Shown here: positions 10,368 through 19,531 of the stretch, in pieces
Layout of the letters: each line of letters begins with the position of its first letter
How positions within the stretch are numbered: the stretch's first letter is position 1
Assembly: GCA_964447765.1 (NCBI GenBank)
Contig: CAYUTO010000001.1
Coordinates: forward strand, 28,110-92,109
DNA: 64,000 bases
Origin: an uncultured Gammaproteobacteria bacterium
GTDB lineage: Bacteria; Patescibacteriota; Patescibacteriia; Magasanikbacterales; UBA922
Reading direction: 5' to 3'
The notes under the pieces: generated by a model
What the model saw: only the letters and a program-made list of their open reading frames with translations
Databases searched by the model: none
What the model was told of the DNA's origin: nothing
Program-made: the position numbers and the translations under genes

Positions 10368-11144
10368 ATGCCTGAAGAGAAAAGCATATTTGATGCGCTT
10401 TCACCTAAACAAATGTTTGTTACCGGACTCGTTGGGGGGATCATGGTGCTGTGTACTATTGGTTTTTTTGTAGTACTAAGTATCATGCTTGGTGATGGTG
10501 TTTCTACGAAGACTCCTCGAACACCAGGCACGGTCGTGACTGATGCAAGTGGTAATGTAGAAGGGCCAGAAGAATTTAGTCAGTGTCTTGATTCTGGAAA
10601 AACAGCGAGTGCTGTTTCTGCTGATCTTCAGCTCGGAAGTTCAATCGGGGTGAATGGAACTCCTGCAACTTTTGTAAATGGAGTATTGGTAAGTGGGGCA
10701 TTTCCATACGACTCATTGAAACAGGTGATCGATGCGACACTTGCAGGTCAATCAGTTGATAATCTTGAATTTTTGAAAGACCAAGAAACTGGAAAAGTAA
10801 TAAAAGTGACTATACCTGAATTGCCAGGTGCAGTATGGCTTGGAAATGAGAATGCAAAAGTCACTGTGGTAGAGTTTTCTGATTTTGAATGTCCATATTG
10901 TCTCAGATTTGAACCTGCAGTCAAACAGATGCTTACTGAATACGGAGACAAGATTAGATTTACCTACCGACATTTCCCATTATCATTCCATCCAAATGCA
11001 CAAAAAGCTGCAGAAGCATTTGAATGTGCTAAAGAACAAGGAATGGCGTGGGAGATGCACGAGAAACTGTTTGGGCTTCAGTCATCAGGACAACTTGGAA
11101 TTAATGGCTACAAGCGCGTAGCAACAGAACTCGGACTTGATTAA
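10368..11144 (+). CDS. Membrane-anchored DsbA-like thiol:disulfide oxidoreductase, apparently circularly permuted
   Basis: N-terminal TM helix. Residues ~60-130 match the C-terminal part of a DsbA/BdbD domain (EEFSQCLDSGK...GVNGTPATFVNG). The C-terminal half matches the N-terminal part, including the CPYC active site, and ends ...ATELGLD. Confidence 0.6.
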   Translation: MPEEKSIFDALSPKQMFVTGLVGGIMVLCTIGFFVVLSIMLGDGVSTKTPRTPGTVVTDASGNVEGPEEFSQCLDSGKTASAVSADLQLGSSIGVNGTPATFVNGVLVSGAFPYDSLKQVIDATLAGQSVDNLEFLKDQETGKVIKVTIPELPGAVWLGNENAKVTVVEFSDFECPYCLRFEPAVKQMLTEYGDKIRFTYRHFPLSFHPNAQKAAEAFECAKEQGMAWEMHEKLFGLQSSGQLGINGYKRVATELGLD

Positions 11145-11386
11145 GCAGGTTTACACGAATAACCCTTCGAAAACTCTCAAGATCAATCTCGTACAAATTT
11201 ACGAGTAGGGTATTAATTACTTTCGGGATCCCAGGTGTACCTGCATACCTAAAAAGTACGCAGACTGAAAAAAGTTCACCGCAAAACTGCCGGGCCAAAC
11301 ACGGCGGTTTTTGTTTTAAATACTGATTGAACTTAGGGATTACATGGATAATTTAGTTAAAATAAGTCAAATATTACCTTAAATGG

Positions 11387-11440
11387 TTGACAAATTACCC
11401 ACGCCATGCTAAACTTTTTTATCACTAATTTTAGTGATAA
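11387..11440 (+). promoter_or_regulatory. Consensus sigma-70 promoter (TTGACA-17 nt-TAAACT) followed by a perfect 10-2-10 palindrome TTATCACTAA-tt-TTAGTGATAA (operator-like) upstream of cassette C
   Basis: Read directly from the sequence; the palindrome spans 11419-11440, about 25 bp before the GTG start. Confidence 0.5.
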
Positions 11441-11466
11441 TGCGTTTCTTAGGGTAGGAGGAGAAC

Positions 11467-11931
11467 GTGGATACTTTTGATGTTACGGTAAATTACGACC
11501 TTCCGTTCAAGGAGGCAATCTCGGTCGGGAAGTATGATTGGGTGGATCAGAACATTACCTTAAAGAACTTCGCCTGGACTACTGGTTGGACTGCTAAATT
11601 CAAACTCTACCTCGTCAGCTTCGGTTATCCTGTAACGACTGCAAAGATCGAGGAATTGAGCGCTGAATTTCGTCTGGCTGCGCTTCCTGAACTTCTCGCC
11701 TTCGGAGCACAGTTCCCAGACAGGCAACGCGAGTTCGCGATCGTCGCTCTCGGTTCGCCTTGGGCTGTTCCTAATGGCAGTCATCGTGTCACATGTCTCT
11801 ATGGGGACACGGCTGTAAGGAATCTTGGTCTTTACTGGGATGCTCCCGAAAATAAGTGGGAAGGGTGCTGTAAGTTCCTGATGCTACGTAAGTGGGAGTA
11901 CTCTGCACAAAAAGCTTTACAAAGAAGGTGA
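11467..11931 (+). CDS. Hypothetical protein, GC-rich cassette C
   Basis: GTG start after TAGGAGGAG; 154 aa; about 50% GC. A GC-rich hairpin terminator lies at about 11943-11990. Confidence 0.5.
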   Translation: MDTFDVTVNYDLPFKEAISVGKYDWVDQNITLKNFAWTTGWTAKFKLYLVSFGYPVTTAKIEELSAEFRLAALPELLAFGAQFPDRQREFAIVALGSPWAVPNGSHRVTCLYGDTAVRNLGLYWDAPENKWEGCCKFLMLRKWEYSAQKALQRR

Positions 11932-12030
11932 GCGGCCAATCGAGTGCCCTGTACTAGTTCTATAGTGCAGGGCCTTTCTTTTTATTGAAAATTAGCTATA
12001 CTTGAATGGATACAATATTTATATATTTTT

Positions 12031-12612
12031 ATGCTCAATACCACACTACTTTCAAAAATTAGAAAAGATTTACTTACCTACGCTGAAATCCGACAGCGAG
12101 TGATCAAAGATTCAAATGACGCCTTATTTCAGGCAAAGCGGGCAATTTTTTCTCTTCACCGTGATCAGGTAGGGGAGGCAAAGGAAAAATTACAAGCTTC
12201 ACGAGCGCTTTTAGTAAAAATTAGTAAAGAATATGGTAGGGATGGTCGAGCGCTCGAAGAGGGAGCATACAAAGCTGCACTTGAAGAATTTGTGGAAGCT
12301 GAACTATTTTATCAATTTGTAACTACGTATAAAATTGGAGAAGTAAAAGGAATCAAAATTTCTTCTGAATCCTACGTGGCGGGACTAACTGATGTGCCAG
12401 GTGAGCTCTATCGTTTTGCAATCAAAGCTGCAACTGCACGAGATACAAAAATGGTAACTGCGTGTGCGGAAGCTGCAGAAGAAATTATTGGTGAGCTGAT
12501 TGAATGCAATCTTACGAGTTATCTTCGAAATAAATTTGATCAGGCAAAGACCGCTGTCCACAAATTGGAGCATGTGGTGTATGAGTTATCACTTCGTAAT
12601 CCATCTGCATAA
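12031..12612 (+). CDS. Translin-family protein (putative)
   Basis: 193-aa all-helical protein. SYVAGLTDVPGELYRFAI aligns with the translin signature DYLSGLFDLTGELMRFAI. Confidence 0.55.
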   Translation: MLNTTLLSKIRKDLLTYAEIRQRVIKDSNDALFQAKRAIFSLHRDQVGEAKEKLQASRALLVKISKEYGRDGRALEEGAYKAALEEFVEAELFYQFVTTYKIGEVKGIKISSESYVAGLTDVPGELYRFAIKAATARDTKMVTACAEAAEEIIGELIECNLTSYLRNKFDQAKTAVHKLEHVVYELSLRNPSA

Positions 12613-12619
12613 CTGGTGT

Positions 12620-14035
12620 ATGCTTCAAAAGATTAAAAAATTCATAAAAAAATATGTACCAAAAAAGGTTCTCAACCTTCGTCATTTAATATTTGCATGG
12701 TATGGCGCAGTTCGATACGGGTATCCATCGAATGAGCTTTTGGTAATTGGTATTACGGGGACGAGTGGAAAATCTACGACGGTTTTTTTGCTTCGTAATA
12801 TGCTCGAAGCATTAGGATATCGCGTAGGATCACTTTCTACGATTGATTTCCATATTGCAGGAGAGAATAAATTGAATAATCAGAAGATGACAATGCTCGG
12901 TCGTATGCAGACGCAGAAATATTTGAGGGAGATGGTAAACAAAGGGTGTGAAATTGCTATTGTAGAGACTACTTCAGAGGGGGCAGTACAACATCGTCAT
13001 GAGTTTATCAATTATGACATGATTATTCTCACAAACTTATATCCTGAACATATTGAATCTCATGGTAGTTTTGATAATTATAAAAAAGCAAAATTGTCTA
13101 TTTTTCGTTATATTGCACGATTTGGACGAAACAAGAAGAAGGCTGACGCATTGGGATTTCCCGCCCTTACTCGTCCGGGTACTGAGTATATGTCAAAAAT
13201 TGCGCTCGTTAATGGTGATTCAGTACATGCTCCGGATTTTTTTGCACAAGGCGATTTTGATCACACATATGCATTTGGTCGAGGAGTCCGGATGATTGAT
13301 GGAGTTGATCATCATTTTCTTCTTTCAGATACTCGAAGTGAAGAAAAAGGAATCGCTTTTTCACTTGATGGGCACGAAGTACGGGTACCGCTTTATGGAG
13401 AACATAATGCTGAAAATTGCGCGATTGTATTTAGTGTACTTTCAATTCTTGGTATTGCTTGGGATAAAATTATTCTTGCAGCGCGTGTATGTACGAATGC
13501 GCCTGGTCGAAATGAATTTATTACTCAGGCGGAAAAATATGGATTTAAGGTAATTGTCGACTACGCATTTGAACCCAAAGCTATTGAAGCACTCTATACA
13601 GTAGTATCACATCTTTCAGTACGACGTATTATCCATGTATTTGGTTCGACGGGTGGTGGTCGCGATACGTCTCGTCGATTTAGTGTGGGTGAATATGTAG
13701 GAAAACATGCTGATATCGTGTTTGTCACTGATGAAGACCCTTATGACGATGATCCACTTTTGATTATGCATGATGTATCCAGTGCAGTTGAAAAGAAAGG
13801 TAAAATACCAGGTAAAGATTTGTTTTTGATTGAAAATAGAAAAGAAGCAATTGAACGTGCGATTATGATGGCTGAAGCAGGGGATATTGTACTCGTGACT
13901 GGAAAGGGAAGTGAACAGGGGATGTGTATTGCAGGCGGAAACATAATTCCATGGGATGATCGAGTGGTGGTGCGAGAAGCGCTCACACTTCGTGGTGGTG
14001 AAAAAAAAGAAATACATTCGTTATGGAGCTCATAA
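12620..14035 (+). CDS. murE: UDP-N-acetylmuramoyl-L-alanyl-D-glutamate--2,6-diaminopimelate (or L-Lys) ligase, MurE-like
   Basis: Mur ligase P-loop IGITGTSGKSTT and TNLYPEHIESHG (the MurE TNLxxDHLDxHG motif). The ORF-track start at 12500 overlaps the upstream gene; the ATG at 12620 is the likely start. Confidence 0.8.
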   Translation: MLQKIKKFIKKYVPKKVLNLRHLIFAWYGAVRYGYPSNELLVIGITGTSGKSTTVFLLRNMLEALGYRVGSLSTIDFHIAGENKLNNQKMTMLGRMQTQKYLREMVNKGCEIAIVETTSEGAVQHRHEFINYDMIILTNLYPEHIESHGSFDNYKKAKLSIFRYIARFGRNKKKADALGFPALTRPGTEYMSKIALVNGDSVHAPDFFAQGDFDHTYAFGRGVRMIDGVDHHFLLSDTRSEEKGIAFSLDGHEVRVPLYGEHNAENCAIVFSVLSILGIAWDKIILAARVCTNAPGRNEFITQAEKYGFKVIVDYAFEPKAIEALYTVVSHLSVRRIIHVFGSTGGGRDTSRRFSVGEYVGKHADIVFVTDEDPYDDDPLLIMHDVSSAVEKKGKIPGKDLFLIENRKEAIERAIMMAEAGDIVLVTGKGSEQGMCIAGGNIIPWDDRVVVREALTLRGGEKKEIHSLWSS

Positions 14036-14745
14036 GCGTGGTTGTACCCGTGTATAATCGCCGGGAAGTTTTTTTACATTCACTTACTTCTCTAGTTTCT
14101 CAAACATATCCTGTATTGCAGATTATTGTTGTTGATGATGGGAGTAGTGAGGATATCCAATCGGTATTTGAACATATTCGAGCTACATACGAAGGTGAGG
14201 GGCGACGTTTTTTGTTTATAAGACAAGAAAATAAAGGTGCGCCTGTTGCGAGAAATAGGGGGTTAGCTGAAGCGTCGGGTGAGTTTGTTATATTCTGGGA
14301 CGCAGACGTGATTGGTGAACCTAAAATGCTTCACACAATGTATGAAGCGCTAGAGAAAAATAAAGACGCGTCATTTGCGTATTCCAATTTTTTATTTGGA
14401 AAAAAGTTATTTCGAGGGATGTCATTTTCTTTTGAAGAATTGAAAAAGAAAAATTATATTACTACGACCTCGCTTATTAGAAAAAAAGATAGTATTCAAT
14501 GGGACGAGTCTTTAAAACGTTTTCAGGATTGGGATTTGTGGCTAACGATCGCTGAGTCTGGAAAAAAGGGTATATGGATTGATAAGACATTATTTCAGGT
14601 GCAAGCTACTGGTGGAATAAGTTCGTGGCTACCATCTATTGCCTATGCAAAGCCATTTCGGTGGTTACCCGGTATTCGCTCAAAAGTCGCAGACTATGAG
14701 CGTGCTCGGCAGATTATTTTACATAAACATGTGATTCCAGATTAA
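14023..14745 (+). CDS. Family-2 glycosyltransferase
   Basis: VVVPVYNRREV...VVDDGSSED and a DAD-type motif. Confidence 0.75.
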   Translation: MELISVVVPVYNRREVFLHSLTSLVSQTYPVLQIIVVDDGSSEDIQSVFEHIRATYEGEGRRFLFIRQENKGAPVARNRGLAEASGEFVIFWDADVIGEPKMLHTMYEALEKNKDASFAYSNFLFGKKLFRGMSFSFEELKKKNYITTTSLIRKKDSIQWDESLKRFQDWDLWLTIAESGKKGIWIDKTLFQVQATGGISSWLPSIAYAKPFRWLPGIRSKVADYERARQIILHKHVIPD

Positions 14746-14769
14746 CTACTTGAAAGTTTTTTATAAATA

Positions 14770-15035
14770 TGATATAACGTGGACGAATTTGTTGGACTTT
14801 TTGATTCCGCAATTGGGTAGTGAATCTGTTGCTCCGCCAGTCACTCTACTGATACCGTACAGCGTGTGGTGATTATGCTGGGGTATCGGTGTGCGGTAGT
14901 CTGTATCCACTTTGCCTGGTTTGCGCATTCATCGAGATAAGACGAATTCACTAGGGAACGTGGGGGAGTAATCCCTCATGTTCCCTAGTCCACCACTGTA
15001 TTTAAAAACCGAGTGCATCTCGGTTTTTTGTTTTT
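14770..15035 (+). ncRNA. Candidate structured ncRNA of unknown class (GC-rich, no ORF), ending at a hairpin terminator
   Basis: About 260 nt of GC-rich non-coding sequence with nested stems (e.g. CTAGGGAAC...GTTCCCTAG), ending in AAAACCGAG-tgcat-CTCGGTTTT plus T-run at 15004-15030. Confidence 0.3.
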
Positions 15036-15048
15036 TAGTCTTTGTAAT

Positions 15049-15359
15049 CTTGACATGTGCCATAGTGTATGGTACAACCTTATCGGGTTTATTGTTATTC
15101 TAGATCTATCACCTGTATTGGGTCGATGTCTCCTCCCCGCCGTCTACTTCCATGTCGAGCGGGGATTGCCCCGCAACAATCCGGAACCGTTCCGTGGAGT
15201 GTAGGCGTGACTCGTCCAAAACAAGTGTAATGTCTGTGAATACACAATTAGCCCTGTCTAGGGGAGCGGGAGTAGGTGTTCCTTCTGAACACTGAAACCG
15301 CTTCCCTCGACCTCATCATATCATTTAAAAACGTCCTCAAATTTTGAGGACGTTTTTTT
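15049..15359 (+). ncRNA. Second candidate ncRNA unit: TTGACA promoter, about 260 nt of structured GC-rich RNA, then a perfect terminator
   Basis: TTGACA at 15049-15054 with an extended -10 region. Internal stems include GAGCGGGGATTGCCCCGC. The hairpin ACGTCCTCAAA-tt-TTGAGGACGT plus T7 at 15327-15359 is bidirectional and also serves fmt. Confidence 0.3.
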
Positions 15360-16278
15360 ATACAAATTTTTGTTTATCAAGCGTGAGCCAATATCCAGCA
15401 AGACAAGCATTCACGTCTAATGCTGTTTTTCCTTCGAATTGTATTTTTAAGATTTCAATTGTTCCATCGCCTGTACCTACTGCTATCCAGTCTTCTTCAC
15501 AACTGATCAAACCGGGTTCTAATTTTTGGTATCCTGGCGTTATTTCGAGTAACTTTACTCGCGCACCATTAAGTGTTGTCCAGATGCCAGGCCATGGAGT
15601 AGTGCCTCGGTAGAGGTTGTAAATTTCTTCTGTTGTTTTACTCCAGTCAATTTTTCCATCATCACGGGAGAGTTTTCTACACATTGTTACTTGAGTTTCA
15701 TCTTGTTTTTGTGGTGTAATTTTTTCTGCGATATATTCTGGTAGAGTTTCAAGAAGTAATGCAGAACCTATGTTCGCTAGTTTCTGGTCGAGTACAGGGT
15801 AAGTATCATTTTCGTCGATTGAAGTTTTTTCTTGTGAAAGAACGTCACCTGTATCCATGCCAGTGTCCATAATCATGATCGTCACCCCCGTTTCTGTTTC
15901 GCCGTTAATAAGCGCTGATTGAATAGGGGAGGCACCACGATATTTTGGAAGAAGTGATGTGTGCACATTTACAAATCCATGCTTAGTTTCCTCAAATAAA
16001 TGCGAAGGAATAAGTAATCCATATTGCGCGGTGACTGCAACGTCATACAAATCTTTTTCAAGATGGAAGTTTTTTAGACTTTCTGGTTGTTCAGTTTTGA
16101 TTCCTAATGTATCTGCCAAAACTTTTACTGGTGGGGGAGTAAGTATCTGTTTTCTTCCGACAGGTTTATCTGGCTGAGTTACGACGAGGTCAACTGAAAA
16201 ACGATCATCTTTTGCGAGTGATTCGAGGATGGTTACTCCAAATTCATGAGTTCCGAAGAAGGTGATTGAGATGGGCAT
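15358..16278 (-). CDS. fmt: Methionyl-tRNA formyltransferase
   Basis: N-terminal formyltransferase fold (FFGT..F, HTSLLPKYRG) and a C-terminal Fmt domain. Confidence 0.85.
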   Translation of the reverse strand: MPISITFFGTHEFGVTILESLAKDDRFSVDLVVTQPDKPVGRKQILTPPPVKVLADTLGIKTEQPESLKNFHLEKDLYDVAVTAQYGLLIPSHLFEETKHGFVNVHTSLLPKYRGASPIQSALINGETETGVTIMIMDTGMDTGDVLSQEKTSIDENDTYPVLDQKLANIGSALLLETLPEYIAEKITPQKQDETQVTMCRKLSRDDGKIDWSKTTEEIYNLYRGTTPWPGIWTTLNGARVKLLEITPGYQKLEPGLISCEEDWIAVGTGDGTIEILKIQFEGKTALDVNACLAGYWLTLDKQKFV

Positions 16279-16446
16279 ATAGTATATGTCATCCCCGTGA
16301 AGACGGGGATCTTAGATTCCCATATCCGCGGGAATGACGTAAAAACGTAGATAACTTCAATATTATCTCAACTAAGCTATTTTTTCAAGGATTAATGACA
16401 CACTACCCATTTTTTGATATTATGAGATGGTGTTTTTATACTATCT

Positions 16447-17661
16447 ATGAGTTTCAAAATCATCATTATCGTTATTATTATTTCAGTCTTCGGGGGATTG
16501 AGTTATTTTTTTGTAGCACAAAGTGGGGATACTCGAGGTGAGAAAATAGTAAACACCTCTCTTACTACAACCACTTCTGTACAGGTGGTAGAGCCTGAAT
16601 TTGTACTTCAAACTCATGTTATTCAAGAAGGGGATACCTTTGGTATTGCGACAAATGCATTGGGGATTCCCTATGGAGAGATGCTTCAGATTCTTGATCG
16701 AGCTTCGTCTACGTATGATTTTACTCGAGTAAAAGTGGGGCAACCTCTGACCTTGGCAAAAAATAAAGATGGTAAAATCGTTCACCTTGACTACGAACGA
16801 GATCGTGATTCAATCGTTCGTTTTTATTTTGCCGATGCTCGAGCTGAAATTATTCCAATTGAGTATGAAGTAGAAGAGGTAGTGGTTGTCGGTACTGTTT
16901 CATCATCAATGTATTTGGATGCCTTGTCGCTTGGTATTCCTGATGCAGTCATTATGCAATTTGCAGATACATTTGCATGGACGATTGATTTTTCCACCCA
17001 AGTTCAGTATGGAGATACTTTTTCAATCGTATATGAAAAACGAAAACGAGAGGGGGTGGATGCTGGAACGGGATTTGTTCGTGCAGGGAAATTTGTAAAT
17101 AGTGGGAATGAATTGTACGCATTTTTGTATGAGCAGGAACAAGGGAAGCCTTCATATTTTAATGAAAAAGGTGAATCTATGATTAAGGCTTTTTTGCGAG
17201 CACCTCTTGAGTATAAGCGTATTACTTCTGGTTATACTAATGCACGGTTTCATCCAATATTAGGTAGGAACACGACGCATCTTGCAATTGATTATGCAGC
17301 GGCAATAGGAACACCGATTATGGCTGTAGGTGACGGCACGGTAACGTTTGCAGGATGGAATAGTGGTGGATTTGGTAATTTTGTGACTATTAAACATAAT
17401 GATAAGTTTATTACTGAATACGCCCATTTATCTGCCTTTGCAAAAGGAATTAAATCAGGAACTCGTGTAGTGCAGGGGCAGGTGATTGGCTACGTTGGAT
17501 CGACTGGACTCTCCACTGGACCTCATCTTCATTATCAAATCAGACAGAATGGAGCTCTCGTAAACCCGCTTAAAGTCGAGTTTCCTCCGGGAGATCCAAT
17601 AAAAGATGAACATCGGGATGAATTTGAACTTGAAGTTTTGAAATATAAGGATAGGCTTTAG
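16447..17661 (+). CDS. M23-family peptidoglycan metalloendopeptidase with N-terminal membrane anchor
   Basis: HxH motif GPHLHYQIRQNG and an upstream M23 HxxxD-type motif (HLAIDYAA). Confidence 0.75.
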   Translation: MSFKIIIIVIIISVFGGLSYFFVAQSGDTRGEKIVNTSLTTTTSVQVVEPEFVLQTHVIQEGDTFGIATNALGIPYGEMLQILDRASSTYDFTRVKVGQPLTLAKNKDGKIVHLDYERDRDSIVRFYFADARAEIIPIEYEVEEVVVVGTVSSSMYLDALSLGIPDAVIMQFADTFAWTIDFSTQVQYGDTFSIVYEKRKREGVDAGTGFVRAGKFVNSGNELYAFLYEQEQGKPSYFNEKGESMIKAFLRAPLEYKRITSGYTNARFHPILGRNTTHLAIDYAAAIGTPIMAVGDGTVTFAGWNSGGFGNFVTIKHNDKFITEYAHLSAFAKGIKSGTRVVQGQVIGYVGSTGLSTGPHLHYQIRQNGALVNPLKVEFPPGDPIKDEHRDEFELEVLKYKDRL

Positions 17662-17792
17662 ACGAGAAAGATTGGAGAATTATCTAGAATTTTTAGTCTT
17701 CAATTTTTATTTTTTTAACTTTTCGATATAGTTGCTCGTTGTTTATTGCTATGATACAATATTAGCCACTTAACCAAACCATTTGTAAGCCT

Positions 17793-18146
17793 ATGGAACA
17801 TGATATCCAATCGATCTTCAACCGTATACAAGAGTCAAAGAAAAAACAGAAAGATATCAAAGTAATGTTTAAAGATGCACTTGATGGAAATGGGGAGTAT
17901 CAAGAAATACAAGATAAGATGAAAGTAATTCGTGAAAATAAAAAACGAATTGAAACTTCGATTAAAGAAGGTTTTTCAAGTGAAATGCAAAAACTTGATG
18001 ATTTGAAAATTGATATTGAATCTGATACTGAAATGTTGAATGATATGGCGCTGACGAAGATGATGAAAGGTGAAACATTTGAATTATCAGATGAGTATAA
18101 GAATAATTACGAGCCAATATTTTCAGTCAAATTTAAAAAACAGTAA
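17793..18146 (+). CDS. Hypothetical coiled-coil protein
   Basis: 117 aa, charged and predicted helical; ends 7 bp before the next gene. Confidence 0.4.
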   Translation: MEHDIQSIFNRIQESKKKQKDIKVMFKDALDGNGEYQEIQDKMKVIRENKKRIETSIKEGFSSEMQKLDDLKIDIESDTEMLNDMALTKMMKGETFELSDEYKNNYEPIFSVKFKKQ

Positions 18147-18152
18147 TCATCT

Positions 18153-18734
18153 ATGTCACGAGAAGTTATATTTGATATTGAAACTGTCGGGGACATCAAG
18201 GATTACAATACGATGAAAGTTACGGTGGTCTCAGTGTATGAGTTTGAGACAGATTCATATCGATCATTCGATGAGCATGAACTTGGTTTACTCTGGCCAA
18301 TTCTAGAAAAAGCAGAGAGGCTTATTGGGTTCAATAGTGAATCATTTGATATTCCTATTTTAGATAGATATTACAGTGGTGATTTGAAACGGATTGAACA
18401 TCTTGATTTACTGAAAGTGGTAAAAGAGTCTACGGGCAGACGATACAAATTGAATGATCTTGCAAAAGCAACGCTTCAGATTGAGAAAAGTGCTGATGGA
18501 CTCCAGGCAATGGAGTGGTATAAAGAAGGAAAGATTGATCTGATTAAAAAATATTGCGAACAAGATGTGAAAGTGACCAAAGAGATTTATGATTTTGGTC
18601 GGAAGAATAAAATGTTGTATTTTCCAACTCTCACCGGAGAGATTCAGCCATTTCCTGTAAACTTTGAACCCAAACCTCAGGTTGCTGCACAACAAGGTGT
18701 ACAAGGTGGAGTTAATTTGACGTTACCTTTTTAA
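18153..18734 (+). CDS. RNase H-like superfamily 3'-5' exonuclease (YprB/PolB-exo-like)
   Basis: N-terminal FDIETVG acidic motif and the RNase_H_2-like motif FNSESFDIPIL. Confidence 0.5.
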   Translation: MSREVIFDIETVGDIKDYNTMKVTVVSVYEFETDSYRSFDEHELGLLWPILEKAERLIGFNSESFDIPILDRYYSGDLKRIEHLDLLKVVKESTGRRYKLNDLAKATLQIEKSADGLQAMEWYKEGKIDLIKKYCEQDVKVTKEIYDFGRKNKMLYFPTLTGEIQPFPVNFEPKPQVAAQQGVQGGVNLTLPF

Positions 18735-18754
18735 GAGTATTAGTAATTTTAAAC

Positions 18755-18784
18755 AAAAAACCTCCCAGATGGGAGGTTTTTTAG
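18755..18784. terminator. Bidirectional terminator AAAACCTCCC-agat-GGGAGGTTTT
   Basis: Perfect 10-bp stem flanked by A/T runs. Confidence 0.7.
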
Positions 18785-19476
18785 AATATTTCGAAATGAA
18801 TATTTTTTGCGTCAGTTCCTCGAGTAGTGAGCATTTCTCGAACTGTTTTTACCATATCAGCATTTCCGCAGAGAAATGCATGGAGATGTGAAGTGTTTGT
18901 AGGTAGGTGTTCGGTCACGCGTCCTCGACTTCCAGTCCACGAGTCTTCGGGGCGTGAAATAGTGGTCGAGTAGCTAAAGTTTGTATGTTTTTTTTGTAGT
19001 TCTTCCAATCGGTCTGCCCAGAAAATATCTTTTTCGTATCGAACTCCAAAAATAAGGTGTAATTTGTTTTTATTATTTTTACTCTCCAGTTCATCTTGGA
19101 TCATTCCCATGATTGGAGCTAATCCTACGCCTGTGGCTATAAAACAGAGATCGCTGTTGCTAGTGTTTACGACAAACCTTCCTGCTGGTCCGCGGAATGA
19201 AATTGTGTCACCTGGGTTTGAAATTTGAAAAAGTTTGGAAGCAATACCGGTATCATAGAGTTTCACGCATAGTTCTAGATACTCGTCTTTTGGAACAGAG
19301 GAAATGGAATATGAACGAAATACTTGTTTTTCACCCTGTGGCGCAATAATTTGGATAAATTGACCAGCCTGAAAATCAAAGTTTTTTGGCTTATTTAAGC
19401 GAATTTGAAGCACATCTTCGGTTAGATATTTCTTTTCTATTAGATTGCTTTGGAATTCATTCATAACGATTGACAA
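18781..19476 (-). CDS. FAD/NAD(P)-binding oxidoreductase, ferredoxin-NADP reductase family
   Basis: FAD-binding RSYSIS motif, GxGxxP-type NAD motif (ATGVGLAP) and C-terminal FLCG. Confidence 0.7.
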   Translation of the reverse strand: MSIVMNEFQSNLIEKKYLTEDVLQIRLNKPKNFDFQAGQFIQIIAPQGEKQVFRSYSISSVPKDEYLELCVKLYDTGIASKLFQISNPGDTISFRGPAGRFVVNTSNSDLCFIATGVGLAPIMGMIQDELESKNNKNKLHLIFGVRYEKDIFWADRLEELQKKHTNFSYSTTISRPEDSWTGSRGRVTEHLPTNTSHLHAFLCGNADMVKTVREMLTTRGTDAKNIHFEIF

Positions 19477-19531
19477 TCGAGATTAATTCGTATATCATAC
19501 TACAAAAGTATGATTTCTGCAATAATACCCT

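Noticed and set aside
12500-12619. Upstream extension of the murE ORF overlapping the translin-like gene
   Set aside because: The extension overlaps the upstream gene in another frame, and the ATG at 12620 right after the upstream stop is the more plausible start.
14770-15359. Assignment of the GC-rich non-coding block to RNase P RNA, tmRNA or SRP RNA
   Set aside because: The hallmark motifs of RNase P RNA (GGAAAGTCCGG, ACAGAACCCGGCTTA), tmRNA (tag reading frame ending GCAGCTTAA-like) and SRP RNA (GGAAGCAGC) are absent, so it is left as an unclassified ncRNA candidate.
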